Below the pieces are notes generated by a model. That model did not search any database. It saw only the letters and a program-made list of their open reading frames with translations, and was not told the DNA's origin. From Candidatus Rokuibacteriota bacterium (GTDB lineage: Bacteria > Methylomirabilota > Methylomirabilia > Rokubacteriales > CSP1-6), in contig VBPC01000157.1 of NCBI GenBank assembly GCA_005887895.1, forward strand, positions 1 through 61,132: a stretch of DNA of 61,132 bases, read 5' to 3'. Both the position numbers and the translations under genes were made by a program. Numbering within the stretch: position 1 is the first letter of the stretch; each line of letters opens with the position of its first letter. This document shows, in pieces, positions 37,093 through 46,225 of this stretch.

Positions 37093-38274
37093 TCAGCGAG
37101 ACACGGTGAGGCTCTGACCGCCGTAGTGGTCGGGGTCGTGCCACGGGCGGCCCTCGGCGAAGCGCGACGCGCGGAACGGATGGAGGTCGGCGGTCGTCGA
37201 CGCACCGGTCACGATCCACTCGGCGAGGCAGCGGCCGATGGCCGGGGAGGTCTTGAAGGAGGTGCCGGAGTCGCCCAGCATGCCCCACAGCCCGTCGGGG
37301 CCGAGTCGATCGATGATCGGTCGCCCGTCGGCACTCATCATGATCATGCCGGCCCAGCCGCCGCGCATGAGCGCGCCCCCGAAGACCGGCCAGCGCGCGG
37401 CCAGCGCCGCGCGGCAGGCGCCGACGTACGACTCGTCCACGGCCTCGTGGAACTTCTCCGGATCGGCGTGGGCCGAGCCCAGCTCGACGCCGATCAGCGT
37501 CGAGGCGCGGCCCTCCGGCCGGAACCACGCCTGGTGCACGGCGTCGATGACCGCCGGATGGCGCCGCGTCAGGCCCGGCGGCCACCGGAAGATCGCGACC
37601 TGGATGCGATGCGGGGCCAGAGGCACGTCGAGGCCGAGCGGCGTCAGCAACGGCGTCGACCATGCGCCGGCGGCGATCACGACGGTCGGCGCCGCGATGC
37701 GGCCGTCCGACGTCTCGACGCCGGCGACGCGGGCGCCGTCGGTCGCCACGCGCAGCGCCTCGACGCCGGTCTCGATGCGGGCGCCGCCCAGGCGCGCGGC
37801 CTCGGCGAACGCGAACGTGGTCGCCGACGGATCGGCAAAGCCGGAGTCCGCCTCCCACGCCGCGGCGCCGACGTCGCTCACGTCCGCGCCGGGCAGGAGG
37901 TCACCGACCTCGGCCGGCGCAATCGCCCGGGTGTTGATGCCGAGCTTCTGCTGGCGCGCGACGTTGCGGTGCAGGGCGGCCGTGTACTCGCGGCCCACGA
38001 GCTGCACGAAGCCGACGGACTCGAAGCCGCAGTCGCCGCCGACGATCTCGCCGAAGTTGCGGAAGACCTTCAGGCTCTCGAACGCGAGGCGCGACTCGGC
38101 CTCGTTCGTGTAGTGCATGCGGACCAGCGCGCCCGACTTGCCGGTGGCGCCGGCCGCCAGCTGCCGGCGCTCGACGAGGACGACGTTGCGGACGCCCAGC
38201 CGCGTGAGGTGGAACGCGGTGCTGGTGCCATTGGCGCCTCCGCCGATGACCACGACGTCGGCCGTGCGGATCAT
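37093..38274 (-). CDS. FAD-dependent oxidoreductase (DAO/sarcosine oxidase beta-like)
   Basis: DVVVIGGGANG, GATGKSGA, VIAAGAWS, SADGRPII, GTSFKTSPAIG. Confidence 0.9.
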   Translation of the reverse strand: MIRTADVVVIGGGANGTSTAFHLTRLGVRNVVLVERRQLAAGATGKSGALVRMHYTNEAESRLAFESLKVFRNFGEIVGGDCGFESVGFVQLVGREYTAALHRNVARQQKLGINTRAIAPAEVGDLLPGADVSDVGAAAWEADSGFADPSATTFAFAEAARLGGARIETGVEALRVATDGARVAGVETSDGRIAAPTVVIAAGAWSTPLLTPLGLDVPLAPHRIQVAIFRWPPGLTRRHPAVIDAVHQAWFRPEGRASTLIGVELGSAHADPEKFHEAVDESYVGACRAALAARWPVFGGALMRGGWAGMIMMSADGRPIIDRLGPDGLWGMLGDSGTSFKTSPAIGRCLAEWIVTGASTTADLHPFRASRFAEGRPWHDPDHYGGQSLTVSR

Positions 38275-38284
38275 GACGCGGGCG

Positions 38285-38345
38285 ATTCTAGCACCCGGCC
38301 GTCGGGCCGGGCGCACTTGACAGGGCGCCGCGCCTGTCGAGAATA
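38285..38345. promoter_or_regulatory. divergent promoter region with a palindrome
   Basis: TG-c-TAGAAT on minus (38285-90); TTGACA on plus (38317-22); GACAGG-N8-CCTGTC palindrome at 38319-38338. Confidence 0.45.
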
Positions 38346-38409
38346 GTCGCCACCTTCATCGTGGAAGAGATCCCCGGGGGCGCCGCCCCCGCGCCAGACG
38401 AGGTGTCGC

Positions 38410-39957
38410 ATGAGCCAACTGACCCGACGTGAGCTCCTGAAGTCCGCCGCGACGGCCGGCGCCGCCGCCGCGCTGGCGCCGGCGCTGCCCGGCCCTGCCC
38501 GAGCGCAGACCACGCAGAAGCGTGAGCTGATCACCGCGCAGGGCGGCGACATCTCCAGGCTCGATCCGCACTACAGTACCTCCTCCAACGACATCCGCGT
38601 GTCCTTCAACCTCTTCGACAACCTCACCAGCCGGCACCCCGACGGCAAGCTCCACCCCGCCCTGGCGACGGACTGGAAGCTGACGGCACCGACCACGTGG
38701 ACGTTCAAGCTGCGGCCGGGCGTGAAGTACCACAACGGTGATCCGTTCAGCTCGGCCGACGCCAAGTTCAGCATCGAGCGTACGTACAGTCCGACCGCCA
38801 AGACGATGGTGGCCACCGCACTGAGCACCATCGACCGGATCGAGGCGCCCGACGCCACCACCCTGGTCGTCCACACCAAGAAGCCGGACCCGCTGTTGCC
38901 GGCCCGGCTGGGGTTCTACGGGGGCCAGATCGTCCCCAAGAAGTACGTCGAGTCCGCCGGCAACGACGGCTTCAACGCCAAGCCGGTCGGCACCGGCCCG
39001 GTGCGGTTCGTCTCGTGGACGAAGGACGACAAGCTCGTCTGCGAGGCCAATCCCGACTACTGGGGAGGCCGCATCGACATGGACCGCTGGACCGTGCGGC
39101 CGATTCCGGAGACGGCGCCCAGGATCGCGGCGCTGCTCAAGGGCGAGGTGGACATCATCACCCAGCTGCCGGCCGATCAGGAGGAGCGAGTGGCCGGCAA
39201 CGCGACCACGCGCGTGACCGGCGCACTCTACGCCGGGCTCTACGTGATGGCCGTCAACAGCAAGCGCCCGCCGCTCGACAATCCGCTGGTGAAGCAGGCG
39301 CTGTCGCACGCCATCGACCGCGAGGCGATCGTCAAGGAGCTCTGGCGCGGGCGCGGCATCGTGCCGAACGGCATGGTCGCCAAAGGCGACAACCACTTCG
39401 ACTCGAAGCTGCCGCCGCTGCCCTACAACCCGAGCGCGGCCCGCGATCTCCTCAAGAAGGCCGGCTACAAGAACGAGGAGATCGTCATCGAGACGACCGT
39501 CGCCTACCTCTCCAACGACAAGCAGATGTCAGAGGCGATCCAGGGCATGTGGCGCGACGTCGGCGTCAATGCCAAGGTGGAGGTCATCGAGTACTCGGTG
39601 CGCGCCGAGAAGAACCGCGAGAAGTCGTTCAAGGGCGTCTTCTGGTCGGATCCCACCTCCACGCTCGGCGATCCCGACGGCATGGTGTGGCGGCTCATCG
39701 GCCCCGGCGGGCCCCAGGATTACTGGCGCCACCCGCGGTTCGACGAGCTGGGCAACGCCGCCCGCTTCTCGGTGGACGAGAAGTTCCGCGAGGCGTCGTA
39801 CCGGGAGATGGAGAAGATCTTCCTCGAGAATTTCCCGTGGCTCCCGGTCATCCAGCCGTACGAGGACTACGGCTTGCAGAAGTACGTCGAGTTCACGCCG
39901 AATCCGAACCAGCAGTTCGAGATCCGGCGCTTCAACTTCAAGTTCAAGCGCGCCTAG
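38410..39957 (+). CDS. family 5 ABC substrate-binding protein with Tat signal
   Basis: LTRRELL twin-arginine; FDNL, PALATDW, WTFKLRPGVKYHNG, PVGTGP. Confidence 0.93.
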   Translation: MSQLTRRELLKSAATAGAAAALAPALPGPARAQTTQKRELITAQGGDISRLDPHYSTSSNDIRVSFNLFDNLTSRHPDGKLHPALATDWKLTAPTTWTFKLRPGVKYHNGDPFSSADAKFSIERTYSPTAKTMVATALSTIDRIEAPDATTLVVHTKKPDPLLPARLGFYGGQIVPKKYVESAGNDGFNAKPVGTGPVRFVSWTKDDKLVCEANPDYWGGRIDMDRWTVRPIPETAPRIAALLKGEVDIITQLPADQEERVAGNATTRVTGALYAGLYVMAVNSKRPPLDNPLVKQALSHAIDREAIVKELWRGRGIVPNGMVAKGDNHFDSKLPPLPYNPSAARDLLKKAGYKNEEIVIETTVAYLSNDKQMSEAIQGMWRDVGVNAKVEVIEYSVRAEKNREKSFKGVFWSDPTSTLGDPDGMVWRLIGPGGPQDYWRHPRFDELGNAARFSVDEKFREASYREMEKIFLENFPWLPVIQPYEDYGLQKYVEFTPNPNQQFEIRRFNFKFKRA

Positions 39958-39967
39958 CGTGGCGCTC

Positions 39968-39994
39968 GGGCCGGGCCCGTCGGGGTCCCGGCCC
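39968..39994 (+). other. intercistronic hairpin after the SBP gene
   Basis: GGGCCGGG / CCCGGCCC 8-bp stem between SBP and permease, a typical place for differential mRNA stability. Confidence 0.4.
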
Positions 39995-40004
39995 GGCTGA
40001 ACCG

Positions 40005-40931
40005 ATGCGCGGCGTCCTCGGCTTCCTGGCTCCGAAGCTCCTGCGAGCCCTCATCGCCGTCTGGCTGGTCACCACCGTCGTCTTCGTGGTCATGCGCCTG
40101 TCCGGCGATCCGGTGCCGCTGCTGCTGCCGCCCGACGCGCCGACCAGCGAGATCATGCGCGTGCGCCACGACCTCGGCCTCGATCGTCCGCTGCCGGTGC
40201 AGTACGCGACCTTCGTCGGCAACGCGCTGCGCGGCGACTTCGGCCGCTCCATCCATTTCCGCGAGCCGGCCTGGAGCGTCGTGGTGGGCTACCTGCCGGC
40301 CACGCTCGAGCTGGGCCTGACGGCGTTCGGGCTCGCCCTCGTGGTCGCGGTGCCGATCGGCATGCTGTCGGCGATCCACCGCAACTCACCCGTCGATCAC
40401 GCCGCGATGGGCGTGGCGCTGGTCGGCCAGTCGGCGCCCACCTTCTTCCTCGGCATCCTGTTCATCCTGACGCTCTCGCTGAAGCTGGGCTGGTTCCCCA
40501 CCTCCGGGCGCGGCGACTGGACGAACCTCGTGCTGCCGGCGCTGACGCTGGGCGCCTTCTCGATGGCGTCGATCGCACGGCTGACCCGCTCGGCCGTGCT
40601 CGACGTGCTGCGCCAGGACTACGTGCGCACCGCCCGCGCCAAGGGCCTGTCGGAGCTGGCCGTCGTCGTGAAGCACACACTCAAGAACGCCGCGCTGCCG
40701 ATCGTCACGATCACCGGGCTTCAGTTCGGCACCCTGCTGGGCGGCGCCGTCGTCACCGAGACGGTCTTCGCCTGGCCCGGCATCGGCCGGCTCGCGATCC
40801 AGTCGATCTACAACCGCGACTATCCGATCGTGCAGTGCACGGTCTTCCTCTCGGCCCTGCTCTTCATCGTCCTCAACTTCGCGATCGACCTCTTCTATGG
40901 CGTCCTCGATCCCCGCGTCCGTCCCCGTTGA
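40005..40931 (+). CDS. peptide-type ABC permease (DppB-like)
   Basis: LGLDRPLPVQY, GDFGRS, QDYVRTARAKGL, HTLKNA, RDYPIVQ. Confidence 0.93.
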   Translation: MRGVLGFLAPKLLRALIAVWLVTTVVFVVMRLSGDPVPLLLPPDAPTSEIMRVRHDLGLDRPLPVQYATFVGNALRGDFGRSIHFREPAWSVVVGYLPATLELGLTAFGLALVVAVPIGMLSAIHRNSPVDHAAMGVALVGQSAPTFFLGILFILTLSLKLGWFPTSGRGDWTNLVLPALTLGAFSMASIARLTRSAVLDVLRQDYVRTARAKGLSELAVVVKHTLKNAALPIVTITGLQFGTLLGGAVVTETVFAWPGIGRLAIQSIYNRDYPIVQCTVFLSALLFIVLNFAIDLFYGVLDPRVRPR

Positions 40932-41808
40932 CACGATCGCCGTCGACGCGCCGGCCATCCGCGGCGGCGCCGGCGCCCGTCGCACGCGGCGACTCGTCAT
41001 CGCCGGTGGCGTCTTCGTCCTCGCGCTGGCCGTGAGCGCGCTGGCGGCGCCGTGGCTGGCGCCGCAGGATCCGCTGCGCCAGACGCTGCGCGCGCGCCTG
41101 GTCGGTCCCACGCTGCAGGCCTCCGACGGCAAGGCCCACCTGCTCGGCACCGATCATCTGGGCCGCGACGTCCTCTCGCGCGTCATCTGGGGCTCGCGCG
41201 TCTCGCTGCTGGTCGGCTTCTCCGCCGTCCTGGTCGGCGGCCTCCTCGGCGCCAGCCTCGGCATCCTGGCCGGCTATCGCGGCGGCTTCACCGACAGCGT
41301 CATCATGACGATCGCCGACGCCCAGCTCGCGTTTCCGTTCATCCTGCTCGCCATCGGCATCATCGCCGTGCTGGGCCCGTCGTTCCCCACGCTGATCGCG
41401 GTGATCGGCCTGTCGGGCTGGGTCGGCTACGCCCGCGTGCTGCGCTCGCAGGTACTCGTGCTGCGCTCGCGCGAGTTCGTCGACGCCATCCAGGCCCTCG
41501 GCGGCTCGGTCGCCCGCGTCATCGTGCGCCACATCCTGCCGAACGTGCTCTCGTCGCTCGTCGTCGTCGCCACGCTGGAGCTGGCCCGCGCCATCGTGCT
41601 GGAGGCGACGCTGTCCTTCCTCGGCCTCGGCATCCAGCCGCCGACACCGTCGTGGGGCGTGATGGTGCAAGAGGGCCGCGAGTACCTGGACAGTGCGTGG
41701 TGGATCTCGACCTTCCCCGGCCTCGTGCTGATGGTGACGTCGCTGGCCGTCAGCCGCACCGGCGACTGGCTGCGCGACCTGCTCGATCCGACGCTGCGGG
41801 GGGAGTGA
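40897..41808 (+). CDS. peptide-type ABC permease (DppC-like)
   Basis: HLLGTDHLGRDVLSRVIWGSRVS, EFVDAIQALG, HILPNV, EATLSFLGLG; start uncertain. Confidence 0.92.
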   Translation: MASSIPASVPVDTIAVDAPAIRGGAGARRTRRLVIAGGVFVLALAVSALAAPWLAPQDPLRQTLRARLVGPTLQASDGKAHLLGTDHLGRDVLSRVIWGSRVSLLVGFSAVLVGGLLGASLGILAGYRGGFTDSVIMTIADAQLAFPFILLAIGIIAVLGPSFPTLIAVIGLSGWVGYARVLRSQVLVLRSREFVDAIQALGGSVARVIVRHILPNVLSSLVVVATLELARAIVLEATLSFLGLGIQPPTPSWGVMVQEGREYLDSAWWISTFPGLVLMVTSLAVSRTGDWLRDLLDPTLRGE

Positions 41809-41825
41809 CCGGCGCCGCGCCGCGG

Positions 41826-42884
41826 TCAGCCGAGCAGCGCGCGGCAGTCGAGGTCGTCGACCGCGAGCATGATGCGCTCCAGGTGGCTCCACCAGATGCC
41901 GGCGGCCAGTCGGAAGCTCGCCTGCCACACGGGCGTGGTGATCTGCCAGAGGACGGACAGCCGGTAGTCCTCGAGCAGCGCCGAAAGAGGGTAGCGCTCG
42001 ACGCCGCCGGCGGTGAGCGTGGCGTGGTAGCGCTCGAGCAGTCGGCGCTCGAGCCGCCGGCGGCGGGCGGGATACCAGTGCAGCGCCATCATGTAGGACA
42101 GATCGTCGGTGGCGGTATCCACCCGCCAGCCGTCCCAGTCGATGAGCCGGATCGTGCCGGTCGCCGGATCGCGCGGATGGAGGGCGTTCCAGACATGGGC
42201 GTCGCCGTGGACGAGCGTGAGGCCACGATGCGTGCGATAACGGCCCAGCAGTCGCGGCGCCGCGTCCAGCAATCGCTCGTACAGCGCGAGCCGGTCGGGC
42301 GATAGCCGATCACCGAGGCGGTCGGCGAACGCCGCCAGCCGCTTGGGAAACTCCGCCAGGTGGCGGTCGAAGGTCCCCGAGGTGTCCATCCACGTGCCGA
42401 TCGACTCACCGAGGCGCGAGTCGTCCCACCACTGGCCATGGAAGGCCGCATAGGTGTCCACGATCCGCTCGCACTGCTCGACGGTCGGCGGCACCGGCCA
42501 CTCGCTCACGATCGAGTGGGAGTCGGTCAAGTCTTCGAGCAGCAGCCAGCGCGGCCCGGCCTCGAGACCGCCCATCCCGTAACAGCGCGGCACACGGCCG
42601 GGCGGCGTGAGCGGCGCCACCTTCGCATAGAAGGCGACCTCGTTGGCGAGGATCGTGCGGAGCGTCGGGTCGATGTCGGTGCGCGGCTGCTTGCGGATGA
42701 GCGTGGCAGGCCCCTCGCCGCCGGTGTAGCGCAGGCGGAGATGCTCGATGGTCGAGACGAGCGTCGTGCGCGACGTCTCGACCGCGACCTCGACCACGCG
42801 GCCTACCTCGAGGCCGCCGCCGCGATGCAGCGCCTCCGTGAGGCGCTCGGGGGTTACGTCGTCGTCGACCGACTCGGGCGCCAC
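41826..42884 (-). CDS. APH/choline-kinase-like phosphotransferase (EcKinase-type)
   Basis: NEVAFY, LLLEDL, LVHGDAHVWN, RLIDW. Confidence 0.85.
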   Translation of the reverse strand: MAPESVDDDVTPERLTEALHRGGGLEVGRVVEVAVETSRTTLVSTIEHLRLRYTGGEGPATLIRKQPRTDIDPTLRTILANEVAFYAKVAPLTPPGRVPRCYGMGGLEAGPRWLLLEDLTDSHSIVSEWPVPPTVEQCERIVDTYAAFHGQWWDDSRLGESIGTWMDTSGTFDRHLAEFPKRLAAFADRLGDRLSPDRLALYERLLDAAPRLLGRYRTHRGLTLVHGDAHVWNALHPRDPATGTIRLIDWDGWRVDTATDDLSYMMALHWYPARRRRLERRLLERYHATLTAGGVERYPLSALLEDYRLSVLWQITTPVWQASFRLAAGIWWSHLERIMLAVDDLDCRALLG

Positions 42885-42894
42885 GACGGCGACA

Positions 42895-43941
42895 TCAGGC
42901 GCACGCCATCGCGTACACGTCCTGGACCCCGTCCGGCAGCAGCGACTCGCGCCAGCTCTTGCCGCCGTCGCGCGTGCTGAAGGCCTGGCCGCAGCGAGAG
43001 ACGCAGTGGACGTGATTCGCGTCGTGGGGATCGAGCGCGAGCGCCATCATCGTGGCGCGGGCCTTGACGCCGTGGTCCATGCGCGTCCAGCTCTTGCCGA
43101 GATCGGTCGTCCGGTAGAGCGAGCCGTCCTGGCTGCGGGCGGCCGGGCTCAGGCACGCGTACAGCGTGCGCGGGTCGTGGGGCGAGACGCGCACGTCGCG
43201 GGCGTAGGTCAACGGCGAGAAGCGGCCCACCTCCATGTCGCGCCAGCTCTGGCCCTTGTCGTCGCTCTGGAACAGACCCATGCGCACGGCCAGGAAGACG
43301 CTGCCGGGCGCCGCGGCGCTGACGGCGAGCGCGTGGGCGTCGAGCATGCCCTCGGCCTCACTGTCGCTCTGGATCTTGCTCTTGAGATTGGGTCGCTCGG
43401 CGAGCGCGACGAGCTCGGCGCTGCAGTCCGACCAGTGCTCACCGCCGTCGAGGCTGCGCATGGCGCCGGCCACCTCGAGACCCGCGTAGAGCTCGTCGGG
43501 CGGGCCAGGGGCGACCGCGATGCGCATCACGCGGCAGGCGAATCCCATCGTGATGCGCTCCGGCTGGACGGCGTTGGGCAGCCGCTTCCACGTCTCGCCC
43601 CCGTCCTCGCTGCGCAGCACGCCGACCGGAGACGTGCCGGCGTAGACGACGCGCTCATCGCGCGGGTGGACGGTGACCGACCACACCTGCAGGTCTCGCG
43701 GGAAGTCGGTACGCTGCCAGCTGGCGCCGCCGTCGACGCTGCGGTAGACGCCGTCCTGCGTGCCGGCAAAGATCACGTCGCGCCGGCTCGGATGCACGGT
43801 CAGCGCCTGGATCGACGCAGGCTCCGGCAGCCCCTTGGTGATCGATTGCCAGCGGTCCTCGCCGGCCGCCTGCCGGAACAACCCGCTGAGCGTGCCCGCC
43901 GTGAACTTCCCCGCGCCGACGAAGAGGTCTGACTTGGCCAT
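42895..43941 (-). CDS. BNR/Asp-box beta-propeller protein
   Basis: Repeated S-x-D-G-G-x-(S/T)-W boxes (SVDGGASW, SEDGGETW, SLDGGEHW, STRDGGKSW). Confidence 0.85.
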   Translation of the reverse strand: MAKSDLFVGAGKFTAGTLSGLFRQAAGEDRWQSITKGLPEPASIQALTVHPSRRDVIFAGTQDGVYRSVDGGASWQRTDFPRDLQVWSVTVHPRDERVVYAGTSPVGVLRSEDGGETWKRLPNAVQPERITMGFACRVMRIAVAPGPPDELYAGLEVAGAMRSLDGGEHWSDCSAELVALAERPNLKSKIQSDSEAEGMLDAHALAVSAAAPGSVFLAVRMGLFQSDDKGQSWRDMEVGRFSPLTYARDVRVSPHDPRTLYACLSPAARSQDGSLYRTTDLGKSWTRMDHGVKARATMMALALDPHDANHVHCVSRCGQAFSTRDGGKSWRESLLPDGVQDVYAMACA

Positions 43942-43997
43942 CGCCGTTCCCTCACTCAGGGGTTAGAGGCCGATCCGTCCGCTGGCCCAAAGGATAG

Positions 43998-45424
43998 CAG
44001 GTGAGCATAGGACCCCGAGCAGCAACCTGTCGCGTCCTGTTGCGCGGCGTCGCTCTAAGGTGCTGACGGGTATGTTGACGGCGCCCTGGAGGCCGAGCAT
44101 CATCTTGGACTGACCGACCGCAGCACCAGGAGGCGCTTCCATGAAGCGCATCGTCCTCGGCTTGGTCCTCGCGCTGCTCCCCTCGTCCGCGTGGGCGCTC
44201 GAGATCACGGACTTCGGCGGCGCTCCCGACAGCGGCGATACCACGCCAGCCCTCGCGCGGGCGCTCACGGTGGCGCTCAGCGGCCCTGACCGCACGATCC
44301 ACTTCGGGGGCGGGGACTATGCGTTCCTCACGACGCCCCCCGTGCTCAGCGGCGGCGTGCAGCTCCAGGGCGAAGGGCCATACAACACGACCCTGACACG
44401 CCACTACTCCAACGGCGAGTTCCTCGTCGGGCACGGCAACGGCCTGGCCTTCCGCCGCTTCGCCATCGGCTCGATCGTGGGCACGCATGGCGGCACCGCG
44501 CTCCACCTGATCGCCAGCGACGCCATCGGCCGCGGCGGCAAGCACGTCATCGAGGACGTGCGGATTCTGGCGGGCGTCGCCGAGGGCCCGATGGGGACGT
44601 TCGCGCTCCCGTTCTTTCTCGACGGCACGAACAAGCTGAGGCCGCCCATCGGGATTCGCGCGGTGACCGTGCGCAATCTCCTCGTCTTCGACGCCACCCA
44701 GATCGCCGTGCAGTGGTGGAACTGTATCTCCTGCGAGTGGTTCGGCGGGGGCGTCTACCAGGGCAGGGGGACCACGGACGCGATCGTCGTCGGCGGGCCA
44801 CTGGCGGAGAAGAACTGGATCGAGGCGGATATCGACTGGCTTGCGAGCTACGTGGCGCGGGGCGCGATGCGGGCCCGGTGAGCCGCGATCCCCCGCAGGT
44901 CATGGCGTTCCCTCACAAGACCGTCGACATCCGAGACCGGCTTGAAGTCGCGCAGCACACCGGAGCGCCGATCCTCATCGGCGATGGACGCTGTGCGATC
45001 TGCGGACAGCTGACGATGGTCGCTGCCTACGTGACCGGGGACCCGGATCTCGCGCGGCTCGCGCAGGCAACCGCGACCTCGGATTCCGCCCAACTCGCGT
45101 GGCTACTGCGTAGGGGGCCGGGCATCTGCATGGACTGTGCGGCGACCAAGCTCGTCCTCACGATCAGCCGGGTCGGTGAGGCCGTCAGAATCCTCGCGAA
45201 GACACGCGTCGTGAACGAGGCCGCCGGTATGTGCTCGGGATGCGGGCGATCGACGCCGGTGCTATCGCTCCGGCCGGAGAAGGATTTCCTCCGTAGCGTA
45301 CCGGTCCAATCGAGGGAGCGGGCGCGTCGCGCTGGTGAGCGGCGCTGCGGTTTGCCCCGTTCTGCGAGGGGCTACGGTGTAAGTGGCGGACAGCCCGTGG
45401 CGCTCGATAGAACAGGTGAGCATA
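43998..45424. mobile_element. putative 1.4-kb inserted islet bounded by a 12-bp direct repeat
   Basis: CAGGTGAGCATA at 43998-44009 and 45413-45424, each preceded by GATAG; encloses two unrelated genes inside a divergent promoter; no transposase. Confidence 0.45.
44141..44881 (+). CDS. secreted pectate-lyase-superfamily-like beta-helix protein
   Basis: AGGAGG RBS, signal peptide ending AWA, then ITDFGG..DSGDTT.AL..AL...IHFGGGDY. Confidence 0.7.
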   Translation: MKRIVLGLVLALLPSSAWALEITDFGGAPDSGDTTPALARALTVALSGPDRTIHFGGGDYAFLTTPPVLSGGVQLQGEGPYNTTLTRHYSNGEFLVGHGNGLAFRRFAIGSIVGTHGGTALHLIASDAIGRGGKHVIEDVRILAGVAEGPMGTFALPFFLDGTNKLRPPIGIRAVTVRNLLVFDATQIAVQWWNCISCEWFGGGVYQGRGTTDAIVVGGPLAEKNWIEADIDWLASYVARGAMRAR

Positions 45425-45447
45425 ATACGGCGCATGCGACCCCATGA
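44902..45447 (+). CDS. hypothetical protein with three CxxC motifs
   Basis: CAIC, CMDC, CSGC; atypical codon usage; the C-terminal third may be read-through. Confidence 0.4.
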   Translation: MAFPHKTVDIRDRLEVAQHTGAPILIGDGRCAICGQLTMVAAYVTGDPDLARLAQATATSDSAQLAWLLRRGPGICMDCAATKLVLTISRVGEAVRILAKTRVVNEAAGMCSGCGRSTPVLSLRPEKDFLRSVPVQSRERARRAGERRCGLPRSARGYGVSGGQPVALDRTGEHNTAHATP

Positions 45448-46222
45448 GGAGACGATCTCGGTCGGCGGCATCGACGTCCACGCCTGGATCGGTGGCCGGG
45501 GCGATCCCCTCCTCGTCCTCCACGGGGCCGGCGCCAATCGTGGCTGGGTCCGATGGATCCAGCAGGTGGCGGAACACTTCACCGTGTGGGCCCCGACCCA
45601 TCCGGGGTTCGGGCGGTCGGGCGACGCGGAATGGATGGAGGGCGTCGATGACCTCGCCCGCTTCCATCTCTGGTTCATCGAGGCCGCCGGGCTCGGTCGG
45701 CCCCACCTGCTGGGTCACTCGATCGGTGGGTGGGCGGCGGCCGAGATGGCGACCATGAGCCCGGGATCGATCAACCGCCTGGTGTTGGTGGCGGCGACCG
45801 GACTCAAGCCCGAGCGCGGCGAGATCCTCGACGTGTTCTACCATTCCGACGCTCAGCTCCGCGACATGATCGTTCACGATCCCAAGACGGTCCCGGAGTG
45901 GGACGAATTGTTCGGCCAGCCGCCGACGCCGGCGGGGCTCGAGATGGCCGACCGCAGCCGCGAGATGACCGCGCGCCTCAGCTGGAAGCCGTACATGCAC
46001 AATCCCCGTCTCGCACACTTCCTGCCGCGGGTCACAAACCCGACCCTGATCGTCTGGGGTCGTGACGATCGCATCGTGCCGGTCGAGTGCGGGGAGCAGT
46101 ATCGCCGCGCGCTGCCCGGCGCGACGCTACGCGTGCTCGAGCGCTGCGGTCACCTGCCACCCATCGAGCATCCGGACGCGTTCGCGCGGCTGGTGCTCGA
46201 CTTCCTCCAGGGAGCGGCCTGA
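45434..46222 (+). CDS. alpha/beta fold hydrolase
   Basis: LVLHGAG, HPGFGRS, GHSIGG, WGRDD, CGHLPPIE; CATAAT 7 nt upstream. Confidence 0.9.
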   Translation: MRPHEETISVGGIDVHAWIGGRGDPLLVLHGAGANRGWVRWIQQVAEHFTVWAPTHPGFGRSGDAEWMEGVDDLARFHLWFIEAAGLGRPHLLGHSIGGWAAAEMATMSPGSINRLVLVAATGLKPERGEILDVFYHSDAQLRDMIVHDPKTVPEWDELFGQPPTPAGLEMADRSREMTARLSWKPYMHNPRLAHFLPRVTNPTLIVWGRDDRIVPVECGEQYRRALPGATLRVLERCGHLPPIEHPDAFARLVLDFLQGAA

Positions 46223-46225
46223 GCG

